Assembly (NCBI GenBank): GCA_007116965.1
Contig: SKHJ01000053.1
Span: 1-36,158, forward strand
Reading direction: 5' to 3'
Source: Candidatus Kaiserbacteria bacterium
GTDB taxonomy: Bacteria; Patescibacteriota; Minisyncoccia; Phycocordibacterales; UBA918
Length of the DNA stretch: 36,158 nt
Shown here: one piece after another, positions 1 through 8,900 of the stretch
Numbering within the stretch: the stretch's first letter is position 1
Layout: each line of letters opens with the position of its first letter
Notes under the pieces: model-generated
What the model saw: only the letters and a program-made list of their open reading frames with translations
Told to the model about the DNA's origin: nothing
The model's database searches: none
Made by a program: the position numbers and the translations under genes

Positions 1-279
1 CAACAGCAGCGACAACGCTCGCTCTCTGAGGCGGCCGCAGACGAGGCAACCTTACCCTGGGTACGGGTAACGATTGCGGTAGTGATCGCCTTCTTGGCAC
101 TTGGTTTTATGTTGTATACGGCGCGCTCGATCTGGCTGTCTGGCATCAGCGCTATTGGTCGTAACCCACGGGCGCGAGGTTCGGTCTGGACGACCGCTAT
201 TTTCAGTACCGTCTTGGTAGTGTTAGTAGCCCTGGTCGCGCTTTTGGTCGCGCTGGGGGTGTTGGTCTTGCCGGTGTAG
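1..279 (+). CDS. 5'-truncated membrane protein ending in an ATP synthase subunit-c-like hairpin (AIGRNP loop) that lacks the essential Asp/Glu
   Basis: Frame +1 is open from base 1 (QQQRQRSLSEAAADEATLPW-TM1-GISAIGRNPRARGSV-TM2-stop), so the GTG at 82 need not be the start. GRNP (157-168) matches the c-subunit polar loop R-(Q/N)-P. The gene sits directly before the b-delta-alpha-gamma-beta-epsilon genes. Neither helix contains D or E. Confidence 0.6.
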   Translation, partial: QQQRQRSLSEAAADEATLPWVRVTIAVVIAFLALGFMLYTARSIWLSGISAIGRNPRARGSVWTTAIFSTVLVVLVALVALLVALGVLVLPV

Positions 280-321
280 CGGGGTCTGTGGTTTTCGCGT
301 AAAGCGACCAGCGTGGTGCGG

Positions 322-327
322 TACAAT
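322..327 (+). promoter_or_regulatory. Putative -10 box (TACAAT) 6 nt before ATG 334; likely leaderless transcript for the b-delta-alpha-gamma-beta-epsilon genes
   Basis: gcggTACAATgaaggtATG; similar geometry precedes several other genes in the window. Confidence 0.5.
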
Positions 328-333
328 GAAGGT

Positions 334-1335
334 ATGCTGATCGAACTATCAATCGAGGTGCTTATCATCATCATTAGCCTTTTTGGGTTGCTGGTCGGTG
401 GGTTTGTGGTCCTGCAGCTCTATAACACACGGACCATTCGTCGACTTAGTTCATCGGTCTATGAGCGAATCCGCGCTGAAGCGGAACAGGAGGCACAAGC
501 CATCATTACCAATGCTCACGCTGAAGCCAGTACTATTCTCAGCCAAGCTAAGGATAATCGAGAGCAGTTACTACATATATACGAAGCGCAGTCGACCGAG
601 GCCCGAGAGATCGTTGCCGAAGCGCGGACCCAGGCGGCGACTATCCTGGCTGGCGCCGATGAGGATCGACAGCAGCTCGCTAGTGTCTACCACACGCAGA
701 TCGAACAAGCCAAGCAGATCGTGATGGAAGCAGAGGCGCAGGCGCGAGCCATTGTTGCTAGTGCCAAGGAGCAACGCACGCAGGTGGTTGATGACTACTC
801 AACACAGATCGGTAAGTTACAGAAGGTTTACGAGCAGCGTCTCGCCGAGCATATCGGCAGTTTGACCGAGCACATTGATACCCTACGGGCTTCGCAGACC
901 AAAGAGTTGACCGACGCCAGCGCGCAGTTGTTTGAGTCAATCATTCTCGAGCACGGTAAGATCCGCAAACGTTTCGACAAGGTCTTGAACTTGTTTGAAG
1001 AGACGCAGGGGACGATGGTGGGCGAAGCCAAGCAGGCGGTAGATTCAGTCAAAACGCGGCTGGACGAGACGGCGCAGACGCTCACGGAGCAGTTGCATAC
1101 CTACGACAACACCATCCGTGACACTATCTCAGAACATATCAAGCATACCTACGAGGTTATCGACGGGCAGATGGCGGAGTACCGTGAAGCCCGCGAAGCC
1201 ATTCTTGATCGTCATATTCAGCAGATCGTCGAAGACGTCACTCGCAAGGTGCTTAATAAGCAGTTGACCATTGTCGAGCACGCGGAGCTAGCGCGGGACG
1301 CGCTGGCGCAAGCCAAGAAAGATAACGTTATCTAA
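334..1335 (+). CDS. Elongated ATP synthase subunit-b-like peripheral stalk protein (333 aa from ATG 334)
   Basis: Single N-terminal TM helix, long Ala/Glu/Gln coiled coil with A..I...A hendecad pattern, b-like C-terminus (IVEDVTRKVLNKQLTIVEHAELARDAL), and atpF position in the cluster. Confidence 0.6.
   Translation: MLIELSIEVLIIIISLFGLLVGGFVVLQLYNTRTIRRLSSSVYERIRAEAEQEAQAIITNAHAEASTILSQAKDNREQLLHIYEAQSTEAREIVAEARTQAATILAGADEDRQQLASVYHTQIEQAKQIVMEAEAQARAIVASAKEQRTQVVDDYSTQIGKLQKVYEQRLAEHIGSLTEHIDTLRASQTKELTDASAQLFESIILEHGKIRKRFDKVLNLFEETQGTMVGEAKQAVDSVKTRLDETAQTLTEQLHTYDNTIRDTISEHIKHTYEVIDGQMAEYREAREAILDRHIQQIVEDVTRKVLNKQLTIVEHAELARDALAQAKKDNVI
487..810 (+). repeat. Three tandem degenerate 36-aa (108-nt) repeats within the b-like protein
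   Basis: QEAQAIITNAHAEASTILSQAKDNREQLLHIYEAQS / TEAREIVAEARTQAATILAGADEDRQQLASVYHTQI / EQAKQIVMEAEAQARAIVASAKEQRTQVVDDYSTQI, starting at 487, 595 and 703. Confidence 0.8.
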
Positions 1336-1347
1336 TTACACGTATTT

Positions 1348-1866
1348 ATGTTTTCGCTCAAGCGCAATATTCTCGAGTCAAGTACCACCGCCGACCAAGC
1401 TCACCATTTGTTGGCGTTGTGGCAGGAGGTGATGGAACAAGCATTGTACCGAGCTGATACAGCGCAGACATTGTTGCAACGTTGGCGTACGGCTGTCGCA
1501 GACATTGAAAATGAAGGAGATCGCGAGATATTGGAGCAGTGGGATACCGAGTGGCTGACAACCATTGTGCCTGAAGAGTTCCCAGACTTTGCGAGCGAGA
1601 TGCAGCACTGGCTACAACGGGTGCCGACGTTTGTGGTGTACGTACCGGTGGCATTAGATGCGGCAGGTGTCGAGCTACTCCACCGTTGGGTACAGCAAGA
1701 AATGGGCGAGGAATGGCTTTTGGACCTGCGGGTCAGCGCTAATACCCTGGGCGGTTGTGCGTTTATTGCCGATGAACATTGGCACGATTATTCATTGCAC
1801 GGACAGTTGCAGCGTCAACCAGAAGCGGTCCGTGAAGCATTGCGTTCGTATGAGACCAGCACTTGA
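1348..1866 (+). CDS. atpH: Divergent ATP synthase delta/OSCP-like subunit
   Basis: C-terminal LDLRVSANTLGGCAFIADEHWHDYSLHGQL resembles the delta motif (vDpsliGG...d...D.S...L). Lies between the b-like gene and alpha. N-terminal half is not recognisable. Confidence 0.6.
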   Translation: MFSLKRNILESSTTADQAHHLLALWQEVMEQALYRADTAQTLLQRWRTAVADIENEGDREILEQWDTEWLTTIVPEEFPDFASEMQHWLQRVPTFVVYVPVALDAAGVELLHRWVQQEMGEEWLLDLRVSANTLGGCAFIADEHWHDYSLHGQLQRQPEAVREALRSYETST

Positions 1867-3316
1867 TCGTAGCACTGAGACGGGCGTGGTCGTTAAGGCC
1901 AAGCGGTACCTCTTGACCATCGCTGGCCTACCGTCAGCTCGGGTCAACGATATCTTGCTTGATGAGAAAGATCAGTATGCTATCGTGCGCGCCCTCAGCG
2001 ACGAGTATGTCTACGCCCTGGCGCTCACTAGTGTCTCACAACCAGGTGACCGCTACCGCTTCGCGGCTGATACCAAACTGTACTCAGGGGGCGACCATCT
2101 CTTTGGTCGCGTGATCGATACGTTGGGTCGGCCGGTGGATAATCGTGGCTCATTTCCACCCCCAAACGTTGCGTTCAAGCTAGAAGTAGAAGCGCCTGGG
2201 ATTGAGGTGCGCCGTCACATTCACGAACAACTGCAAACTGGTATCACTACCGTCGATACCTTGATACCAATCGCAAAAGGGCAACGCCAGCTGGTCTTTG
2301 GACCGATGCGGAGCGGTAAATCGACCTTCTTGACCCAGACGGTGCGGGAGCAGGCGGCGGCTGGTACGGTCTGTATCTACGCCGTCATCGGTAAGCCGAT
2401 CACTGGCTTACGTAAGATCACTGACAGTATTATCAAGGACGCGTCGCCTGAGAGTAAGGTGGTCGTGCTGGCGGCGGTTTCGGACGAACCAGCCTCGGTA
2501 ATCGCGCTGGCCCCGTCGGTGGCTTTTTTGTTGGCTGAGTATTTTCAAAGTCAAGGTGAGGATGTGTTGGTGGTTCTCGATGACCTTGACGCCCATGCCA
2601 AGTATTTACGTGAGATCGCCTTGCTCGAAGGTCGACTGCCCAGCACCGAGTCTTATCCTGGCGATATCTTCTACCAGCACGCTCACTTGATGGAGCGGTC
2701 GGGTCACTTCACTGACGAGATCGGTGGCGGATCTATCACGGCCTTGCCGGTCATTCAGACCGATCTCAAGAATTTCTCTGACCTCATTCCCACCAACGTG
2801 ATGGCCTGTACCGACGGACACCTTTCATTCTCCCCAACGATGCGGGCCCAAGGCGTGTATCCATCTATCAATATTCCAGAATCGGTGACCCGGGTCGGGC
2901 GACAAGCACAAGCACGACTCCAGAAGCAGGCGACCAGGCGGGTGTTGCGTCTCCTGGGGCAGTACCGGGCGCAACAAGAGTACGCGAAGTTTAGTTCTGA
3001 TCTGAACGAACAGGCACAACAGTTACTCCAGACTGGTGCTATTATCGAAACGCTCCTACAACAACCGCCATACGAAGGTATCGATCGGGCGGTACAGGTG
3101 ATAGCAATTGGCTTGGTCTTTTCCGGTTTCTTCGACACTATGGATGCACGGGTTGTACAAGAACGAAGAGCAGCCTTGTTGCAAGGACTGAGCGAGGATG
3201 ACGCCCTGAGTGCCTTACGGGAGACGGTAATGACCGAGCAATGGACTTGGGAGCAATTTGTTACCGAGCTCCAGAGTCACCACGACGCCATCAAGACCTA
3301 TGTCAGTGATCCGTGA
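1850..3316 (+). CDS. atpA: F1-ATPase alpha subunit, divergent (488 aa from ATG 1850)
   Basis: LQTGITTVDTLIPIAKGQRQLVFG, P-loop GPMRSGKS, VLVVLDDL, YPGDIFYQH, IPTNVMACTDG, arginine finger SVTRVG. Homology begins at ATG 1850, which overlaps delta by 17 nt. Confidence 0.9.
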   Translation: MRPALDRSTETGVVVKAKRYLLTIAGLPSARVNDILLDEKDQYAIVRALSDEYVYALALTSVSQPGDRYRFAADTKLYSGGDHLFGRVIDTLGRPVDNRGSFPPPNVAFKLEVEAPGIEVRRHIHEQLQTGITTVDTLIPIAKGQRQLVFGPMRSGKSTFLTQTVREQAAAGTVCIYAVIGKPITGLRKITDSIIKDASPESKVVVLAAVSDEPASVIALAPSVAFLLAEYFQSQGEDVLVVLDDLDAHAKYLREIALLEGRLPSTESYPGDIFYQHAHLMERSGHFTDEIGGGSITALPVIQTDLKNFSDLIPTNVMACTDGHLSFSPTMRAQGVYPSINIPESVTRVGRQAQARLQKQATRRVLRLLGQYRAQQEYAKFSSDLNEQAQQLLQTGAIIETLLQQPPYEGIDRAVQVIAIGLVFSGFFDTMDARVVQERRAALLQGLSEDDALSALRETVMTEQWTWEQFVTELQSHHDAIKTYVSDP

Positions 3317-4145
3317 GTTACAAGAACAGTTGCAACAGACTGAGACGACCAAGTTCGTCACGACGATGTTGCGTGATATCAGCGCCACTCGACTGCAAGC
3401 CATTCGGGCTGAGTTTGAGGCCAATACCGCGTATTATAGCGAACTCCACCAATTGATGAATCTGATCAAACGCTACGCGGCCGAGGCGGGGGTGTCACTC
3501 GAGCTGGGCGCAGGACCACGACGGGTCTACGTGGCCCTGACGGCCAATCGACGCTTCTATGGTCATCTCAATACCGATGTGATGAAGTTGTTGCACGAAC
3601 GGTTGGCGACTGAGACCGACGCGGCTGGGTACGTCATCGGCCAGACCGGTCAGCAGTACGTGGAAGCGGATGGGGCACAGTGGCCAGTATTACCCACCGT
3701 CGCGCTGTTCGCTAACGATATCCCCGAACCAGCTGAAGTTCGTTCAGTAATTGCGGCACTCCGCACGTATACTGAAGTGATGGTCATTCATCCGAGCTAT
3801 ATCAATTCCTTCAGACAAGAGGCAGTGGTGACTGATATCACCCACCAACCAGCTTTACATAGTAGTCATGAACGGCCGACGGTCGATTATCTATTCGAGC
3901 CAGACTTACCGGCCCTGCTACACTTCTTCCGTGAGCAAGTGCGTGCAGTTCTCTTTCAACGGGTGCTTTTGGAGACGCGGCTCGCTTTTACTGGCGCGCG
4001 TTTGATGAAGATGCAGCGGGCTCGGGAGCGGGCCGCCGAGTTGGTTCGTCAGGAGCGTCGTACCATTCATAAACAGATCAGTACGATTCAGAGTATGCGC
4101 CTACTGGAGACCTTTACTGGCTTTCATTCCGATCGCACGTTATGA
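3300..4145 (+). CDS. atpG: F1-ATPase gamma subunit, divergent (281 aa from ATG 3300)
   Basis: N-terminal helix TKFVTTMLRDISATRL, ALTANRRFYGHLN, YLFEPD, C-terminal helix LETRLAFTGARLMKMQRA. Lies between alpha and beta. Confidence 0.8.
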   Translation: MSVIRELQEQLQQTETTKFVTTMLRDISATRLQAIRAEFEANTAYYSELHQLMNLIKRYAAEAGVSLELGAGPRRVYVALTANRRFYGHLNTDVMKLLHERLATETDAAGYVIGQTGQQYVEADGAQWPVLPTVALFANDIPEPAEVRSVIAALRTYTEVMVIHPSYINSFRQEAVVTDITHQPALHSSHERPTVDYLFEPDLPALLHFFREQVRAVLFQRVLLETRLAFTGARLMKMQRARERAAELVRQERRTIHKQISTIQSMRLLETFTGFHSDRTL

Positions 4146-5566
4146 GCAAGCAGCACCAACACAAACCCAAGTCCCCGGAGACCACTGATCGTACGATTGG
4201 GCAGATTCGTGGCGTGTTGGGACAGATCGTGCATATCCACTGCACCGAATCGTACCGACCAGCGCTACGCGAACTCTTGAGTACGACGGAATATCCCGAG
4301 GTGCGTTTGGAAGCGTACGCATACGATGGTCCGCACACACTGTATTGCTTGTTGTTGACTGACGTTGATCAAATCGAGCGCGGTCTGCATGTGGTTTCAA
4401 CCGGTACTCAGATCACTATCCCGGTCGGGCAGGCGGCCTTGGGTCGGGTGATGGATCTCTACGGCGAGGCGATCGATGGAGGGTCACCACTTACCACCGA
4501 CGAGACGCGAACTGTGTACCGGAGTCAGACAATGACTCAGGGTATGCGCGTGGTGCGACCAGCCGAAGTGCTTGATACTGGCATCAAGGCCATTGATTTC
4601 TTTACACCCTTACTGCGGGGCGGCAAGATGGCCTTGGTCGGGGGAGCGGGAGTGGGTAAGACCACCTTGCAGGAGGAGATATTGCGCAATGTGGTCTACG
4701 GTGGTAGTGGCGTGTCGGTCTTTGCTGGGATCGGAGAGCGTATTCGAGAAGGACATGATCTGTGGTCGTCACTCAAGGAACATAATGTGCTTGATCGAAC
4801 GGCGCTTATCTTTGGACACATCAACAAGAACGCGGCGGTTCGTACGCTGACTGCGGCCTCAGCCGCAACCCTGGTCGAGTATTTTCGTGATGAGGCTAAA
4901 CAGGACGTCCTTTTCTTTGTTGATAATGTCTTTCGTTTCTTGCAGGCGGGGAGTGAGCTTTCGACGCTTTTGAGTGAATTGCCCTCGGAGTTCGGGTATC
5001 AGCCGACCTTGCAGTCAGAGATCGCGCAGTTTGAGAACCGACTGTATTCGACCGAGGACGCTTTCGTGACTTCGGTGCAGACGGTCTATGTACCAGCTGA
5101 TGAGTTTGGTAATCCGGCCGTGGCGGCCACTATGCCACATATGGACGCGGTGGTGGTACTCTCGCGGGAGATGACCCACGACGGCAGGTATCCGGCTATT
5201 GATCCCTTTACTTCGACCTCGAGCGCCCTCAACCCAGCGATGGTCGGCAGCGGACATTATCTGGCGGCCACTACCGCGGTCGAGATGTTGCAACAGTACA
5301 AACAGTTGGTGCGCATCGTCTCGATCGTGGGGGAGGAAGAGCTCTCTATCGAGAACCAGAAGCGATACTCGCGAGCGCAAAAATTACTCAATTATATGAC
5401 GCAGTCGTTTATCTCAACTGCGGTCGAAACGGGGCGGGAGGGGGTAAAGGTAACCCGAGCCACCGTGGTGGCTGATGTCCAGGCCATTTTGGGTGGGGTG
5501 GTCGATCGCGTGCCGGCTGATGAGTTCCTTTATATTAGCGATTTGAAGACGGCCGGACTCATATAG
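4142..5566 (+). CDS. atpD: F1-ATPase beta subunit with intact catalytic motifs
   Basis: TGIKAIDFF, Walker A GGAGVGKT, GIGERIREG (catalytic Glu), Walker B FFVDNVFRF, GYQPTL, SVQTVYVPAD. The DELSEED loop reads EEELSIEN. ATGA overlap with gamma. Confidence 0.95.
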   Translation: MSKQHQHKPKSPETTDRTIGQIRGVLGQIVHIHCTESYRPALRELLSTTEYPEVRLEAYAYDGPHTLYCLLLTDVDQIERGLHVVSTGTQITIPVGQAALGRVMDLYGEAIDGGSPLTTDETRTVYRSQTMTQGMRVVRPAEVLDTGIKAIDFFTPLLRGGKMALVGGAGVGKTTLQEEILRNVVYGGSGVSVFAGIGERIREGHDLWSSLKEHNVLDRTALIFGHINKNAAVRTLTAASAATLVEYFRDEAKQDVLFFVDNVFRFLQAGSELSTLLSELPSEFGYQPTLQSEIAQFENRLYSTEDAFVTSVQTVYVPADEFGNPAVAATMPHMDAVVVLSREMTHDGRYPAIDPFTSTSSALNPAMVGSGHYLAATTAVEMLQQYKQLVRIVSIVGEEELSIENQKRYSRAQKLLNYMTQSFISTAVETGREGVKVTRATVVADVQAILGGVVDRVPADEFLYISDLKTAGLI

Positions 5567-5570
5567 GCAT

Positions 5571-5906
5571 ATGAATGAGCAGCGATTGACAATGAGTATC
5601 CAAGCCCCAGCCGGAGTGATCTGGGAAGGTGAGATACGGTCGCTCCGTTCACACAACCAAGAGGGTCCGTTTACTATTTTGCCCGACCACGCCAACTTTA
5701 TGACGCCACTTCATCAGGCCGAGCTCATCGTAACCTTTGCTGACGGAGTGGAACGAAGTTATACCTACGAAGAATCGGTCTTGTTCTTAGAAGATAACCA
5801 TATTCGCCTGTATGTGCACGAAGAACCAGGTTTGCGACAGACGGCGTCAGCGGAAGTTGCTACTGAGTCGGTAGTGGCCACCGATGAGACAGAAACAACG
5901 TCATAA
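5571..5906 (+). CDS. atpC: F1-ATPase epsilon subunit, N-terminal beta-sandwich plus acidic tail
   Basis: IQAPAGVIWEGEI and EGPFTILPDHANFMTPL match the epsilon G.f.ILp.H.p motif; last gene of the cluster. Confidence 0.8.
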   Translation: MNEQRLTMSIQAPAGVIWEGEIRSLRSHNQEGPFTILPDHANFMTPLHQAELIVTFADGVERSYTYEESVLFLEDNHIRLYVHEEPGLRQTASAEVATESVVATDETETTS

Positions 5907-5942
5907 ATACTGTGTAGACAAGCAATTTCGCCACGACGGTTA

Positions 5943-5951
5943 TGCTACACT
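5943..5951 (+). promoter_or_regulatory. Extended -10 promoter (TGcTACACT) for the giant fibre gene
   Basis: TGn-TANNNT in the 80-bp intergenic gap, 35 nt before ATG 5987. Confidence 0.5.
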
Positions 5952-5986
5952 GAAGATGTCTGACCAGCCGTCAGGCGACTTTGAGT

Positions 5987-8900
5987 ATGCGCATACGTGG
6001 AGGACCGAAAAGCTGGAGTAAACGCCTAGAAAGCATAGTGCATATAACGGTGGCTGTTTTGACGGTGACGATGTTTGCCTATTCGGCGGGTGTGCGTGTT
6101 GACCTGGAACGTTTAAATGCTGTTACGCAGGTGGCACAGATCGGCAGTGCGCTGCCGACAGAGACCACCGGGCTGACACCTGAGAGTGAGTCACAGAGCC
6201 GCTGGTATGAACCGATTACGACACAAGTGCGGCACGTCTGGTCGGTAGTGGGAGAGACGTGGTACTTGGTACGGACCGGGGCGGTGTTTCAGTTGGCGCA
6301 GGTAGGAACGTCAGTGCCGGAGGGTGAGGCGGCCGCAGCTGCGCTGCGGCCGCCAGGTAGTTGGCCACTGCAGCCTGCCACCGATCCGTCGGCAGGCACT
6401 TTGATCGTCAACACGCCACTACTGGTTGATAACACCCTGACGGTCATTGGTACCAGCTCGTTGGCCACAACCACGCTGGGCGGTCCGTTGGGCGCACTCG
6501 ATGCTTCATTTACTAACGTCAGTATTGACGGCACGCTTACCATCGACACGCTGACGGCCGCGGCGGTGACGGCAGGCACGGTCGGTGCTACCGCTATTGA
6601 TACTGCCACACTAGGCGCGACAACGGTCGAAACAGCCGATTTGGGCGTTCTTAATCTCGCTACCATTGCCGAGCTGATCGTTGATAGCGCAGCTAGTCTT
6701 GGTTCGTTGCAAGTGTTGGGTGCGAGTGAGGTCACTACCTTATTGGCTACCGGTGTTTTGACGGCCCAGGGAGGTATGGTGACGCAAGGAGCTGATATCG
6801 ATGCTGGTGAAGGTGAGATCTTTGCTAGTAATATCGTTAATGAGATTGTCGCCGGGGAGAACGTGACTATCACCGGTACCCAGAATGTGCCGATCATCTC
6901 AGTCAGTGCGGATGATCTGGTTGGCGTACTCAGTCTAAATGGTCAAAGTGGTGACCTGGATCTGGTGGGCGGGGTAGATATCACTATTAGTGGTTTGACC
7001 ATCAGTAGTAATGCTACGTTGGCGACCGTACGGTCCCGTGGTGGTTGTGTCGACTGCATCACCGATGGCGATGTGCGGGCCGACCTGACCATCAGTGGCG
7101 GTACTATCAACGGCACCCCAATCGGCCTGACGACACCCAGTAGCGCGGCGTTTACTACCGTGGCTGTCGGTACCACTACCAGCTCAACAACCCTCACCGT
7201 TGGGGGTGGTTTAGAGGTGAGCGAACGGATCTTGATGACAGGTAGTGCCACCTCGACTTTCTTTGGTAGCGTTAATCTCGAGAGCGGTTGTTTTGCTATC
7301 GGTGGGGTGTGTATTGAAGGGGTAGAACCGTCGAGTTACGTGGGACTAAATGATACACCGGCCGGCTTGACCAACAACGCTCTGCAGTTTGCGAACGCGA
7401 GCGGTACCGCCTTGACCCAATCAGCCAACTTGGTCTTTGCTGACGGCCGGCTCGGAGTCGGAACAGCTACCCCAGAGCGAACACTGACCGTGGTAGGGGA
7501 TACCTTACTCTCCGGCGCGTTGCGCGTAGAGAGTAGTACCAGCTCGCAATTTGTGGGTGGTATCAACGTGACTGGTGGCTGCGTGTCGGTGGATGGGGTG
7601 TGTCTCGTCGGTGGAGTTAATCGTTTAGCTGATCTGACCGATGTGACCGTGGTGGCTACCAGTACTGGAGACATACTGCTGTTTGACGGATCAGACTGGA
7701 CCAATGTGCCGACCTCTAGCTTAGGCCTGGGTGATGGACGGTTTCGTGGGTTATCAGATACTCCCGACTTGTTTACGCCGAGTGCCATCTCCTTTGTCAA
7801 CGCTGGCGGTTCGGCTTTGACGCAGGACAGTGAGTTTATCTACAGCGGCGGTCAGCTCGGAGTAGGGACGAGTGACTTGCGGACAACGTTGACGGTCGGG
7901 GGTGATATCAGCGTGCTCGGTGCGGAGGCACTACGGTGGTACGACAGTGATAGCACCCACTACGTTGGCTTTCGAGCTCCAAGTACGTTGACAGGTTCGA
8001 CCGTTTGGACCTTGCCGGCGAGTGACGGTAGCGCCAACCAACTTCTGGTGACCGATGGCGCTGGTAATTTATTCTTTGATGACCTTAGTGCGCTGGGTGG
8101 TGGCGCTAACCGCTATGTTGAATTGACCGACACCCCGGGCGCCTTTGTTGGCGCCGGAGTGATCCCGTTTGTCAACGCGACGAGCTCTGCCTTGACCCAA
8201 GCGAGCACCTTTGTCTTTCGAGAAGGGCGGCTGGGGGTGGGTGTAAATGACCCCGGACAGACTTTGACTGTACAGGGAGATATACGCTTCCAACCCAATG
8301 CCCAGGACATCGGAATGGTGTACTCGACCAGTGGCAATCGGTTTGGTTTTGGTACACCCAGCATCAGCGACAATCGTATTGCGTTACGGGGCTCACTAAC
8401 CCAATTCGGAGGAGTACAGGGTGATCCTTACGAGCTTGTTCCGCGTGGATCGGTGACAACTTTACCTGCCCGAGTAAACGACATTGTAGTGGTCGGTAAT
8501 CTGGCCTACGCGGTGACCGATTCGGCCAACAATGACTTCCATATCATTGACGTCACTAATCCAGATAATCCGGTCGAGATCGGCCAACTTGACCTACCTT
8601 TGAACGCTAACGGTCGGGCCGTGACTATCCTTGGCCAGTATGCGTACGTGGTGTCGACTTCACAGGGTGATGATTTTCATGTCATCAATGTTAGTGATCC
8701 TACGGACCCAGAGATCGTGAACTCACTACCGTTACCGACGATACTACCAACATCTGTTAATGATGTAGCAATTAAGGGCAACTACGCCTATGTGGTCGCC
8801 AACCGCACGACTGATGCAGCCGATAGACAATTCTTTGTTATTGATATTACCGATCCGACGCAGCCATCGTTCGTAAACGAGCTATTTCTGGCTGACTCTG

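Noticed and set aside
1658..1849. N-terminal 64-aa extension of alpha in the ORF track
   Set aside because: It overlaps the delta-like gene in another frame and shows no alpha homology; ATG 1850 fits better.
1..5906. Interpretation as an N-ATPase, V/A-type ATPase or flagellar/T3SS ATPase
   Set aside because: Gene order is canonical F-type rather than atpDCQRBEFAG, distinct alpha, beta and gamma are present, and no T3SS export-gate genes are seen.
5956..6021. 21-codon upstream ORF overlapping the fibre gene start
   Set aside because: Its ATG is only 4 nt after the -10 box, probably upstream of the transcription start; no other support.
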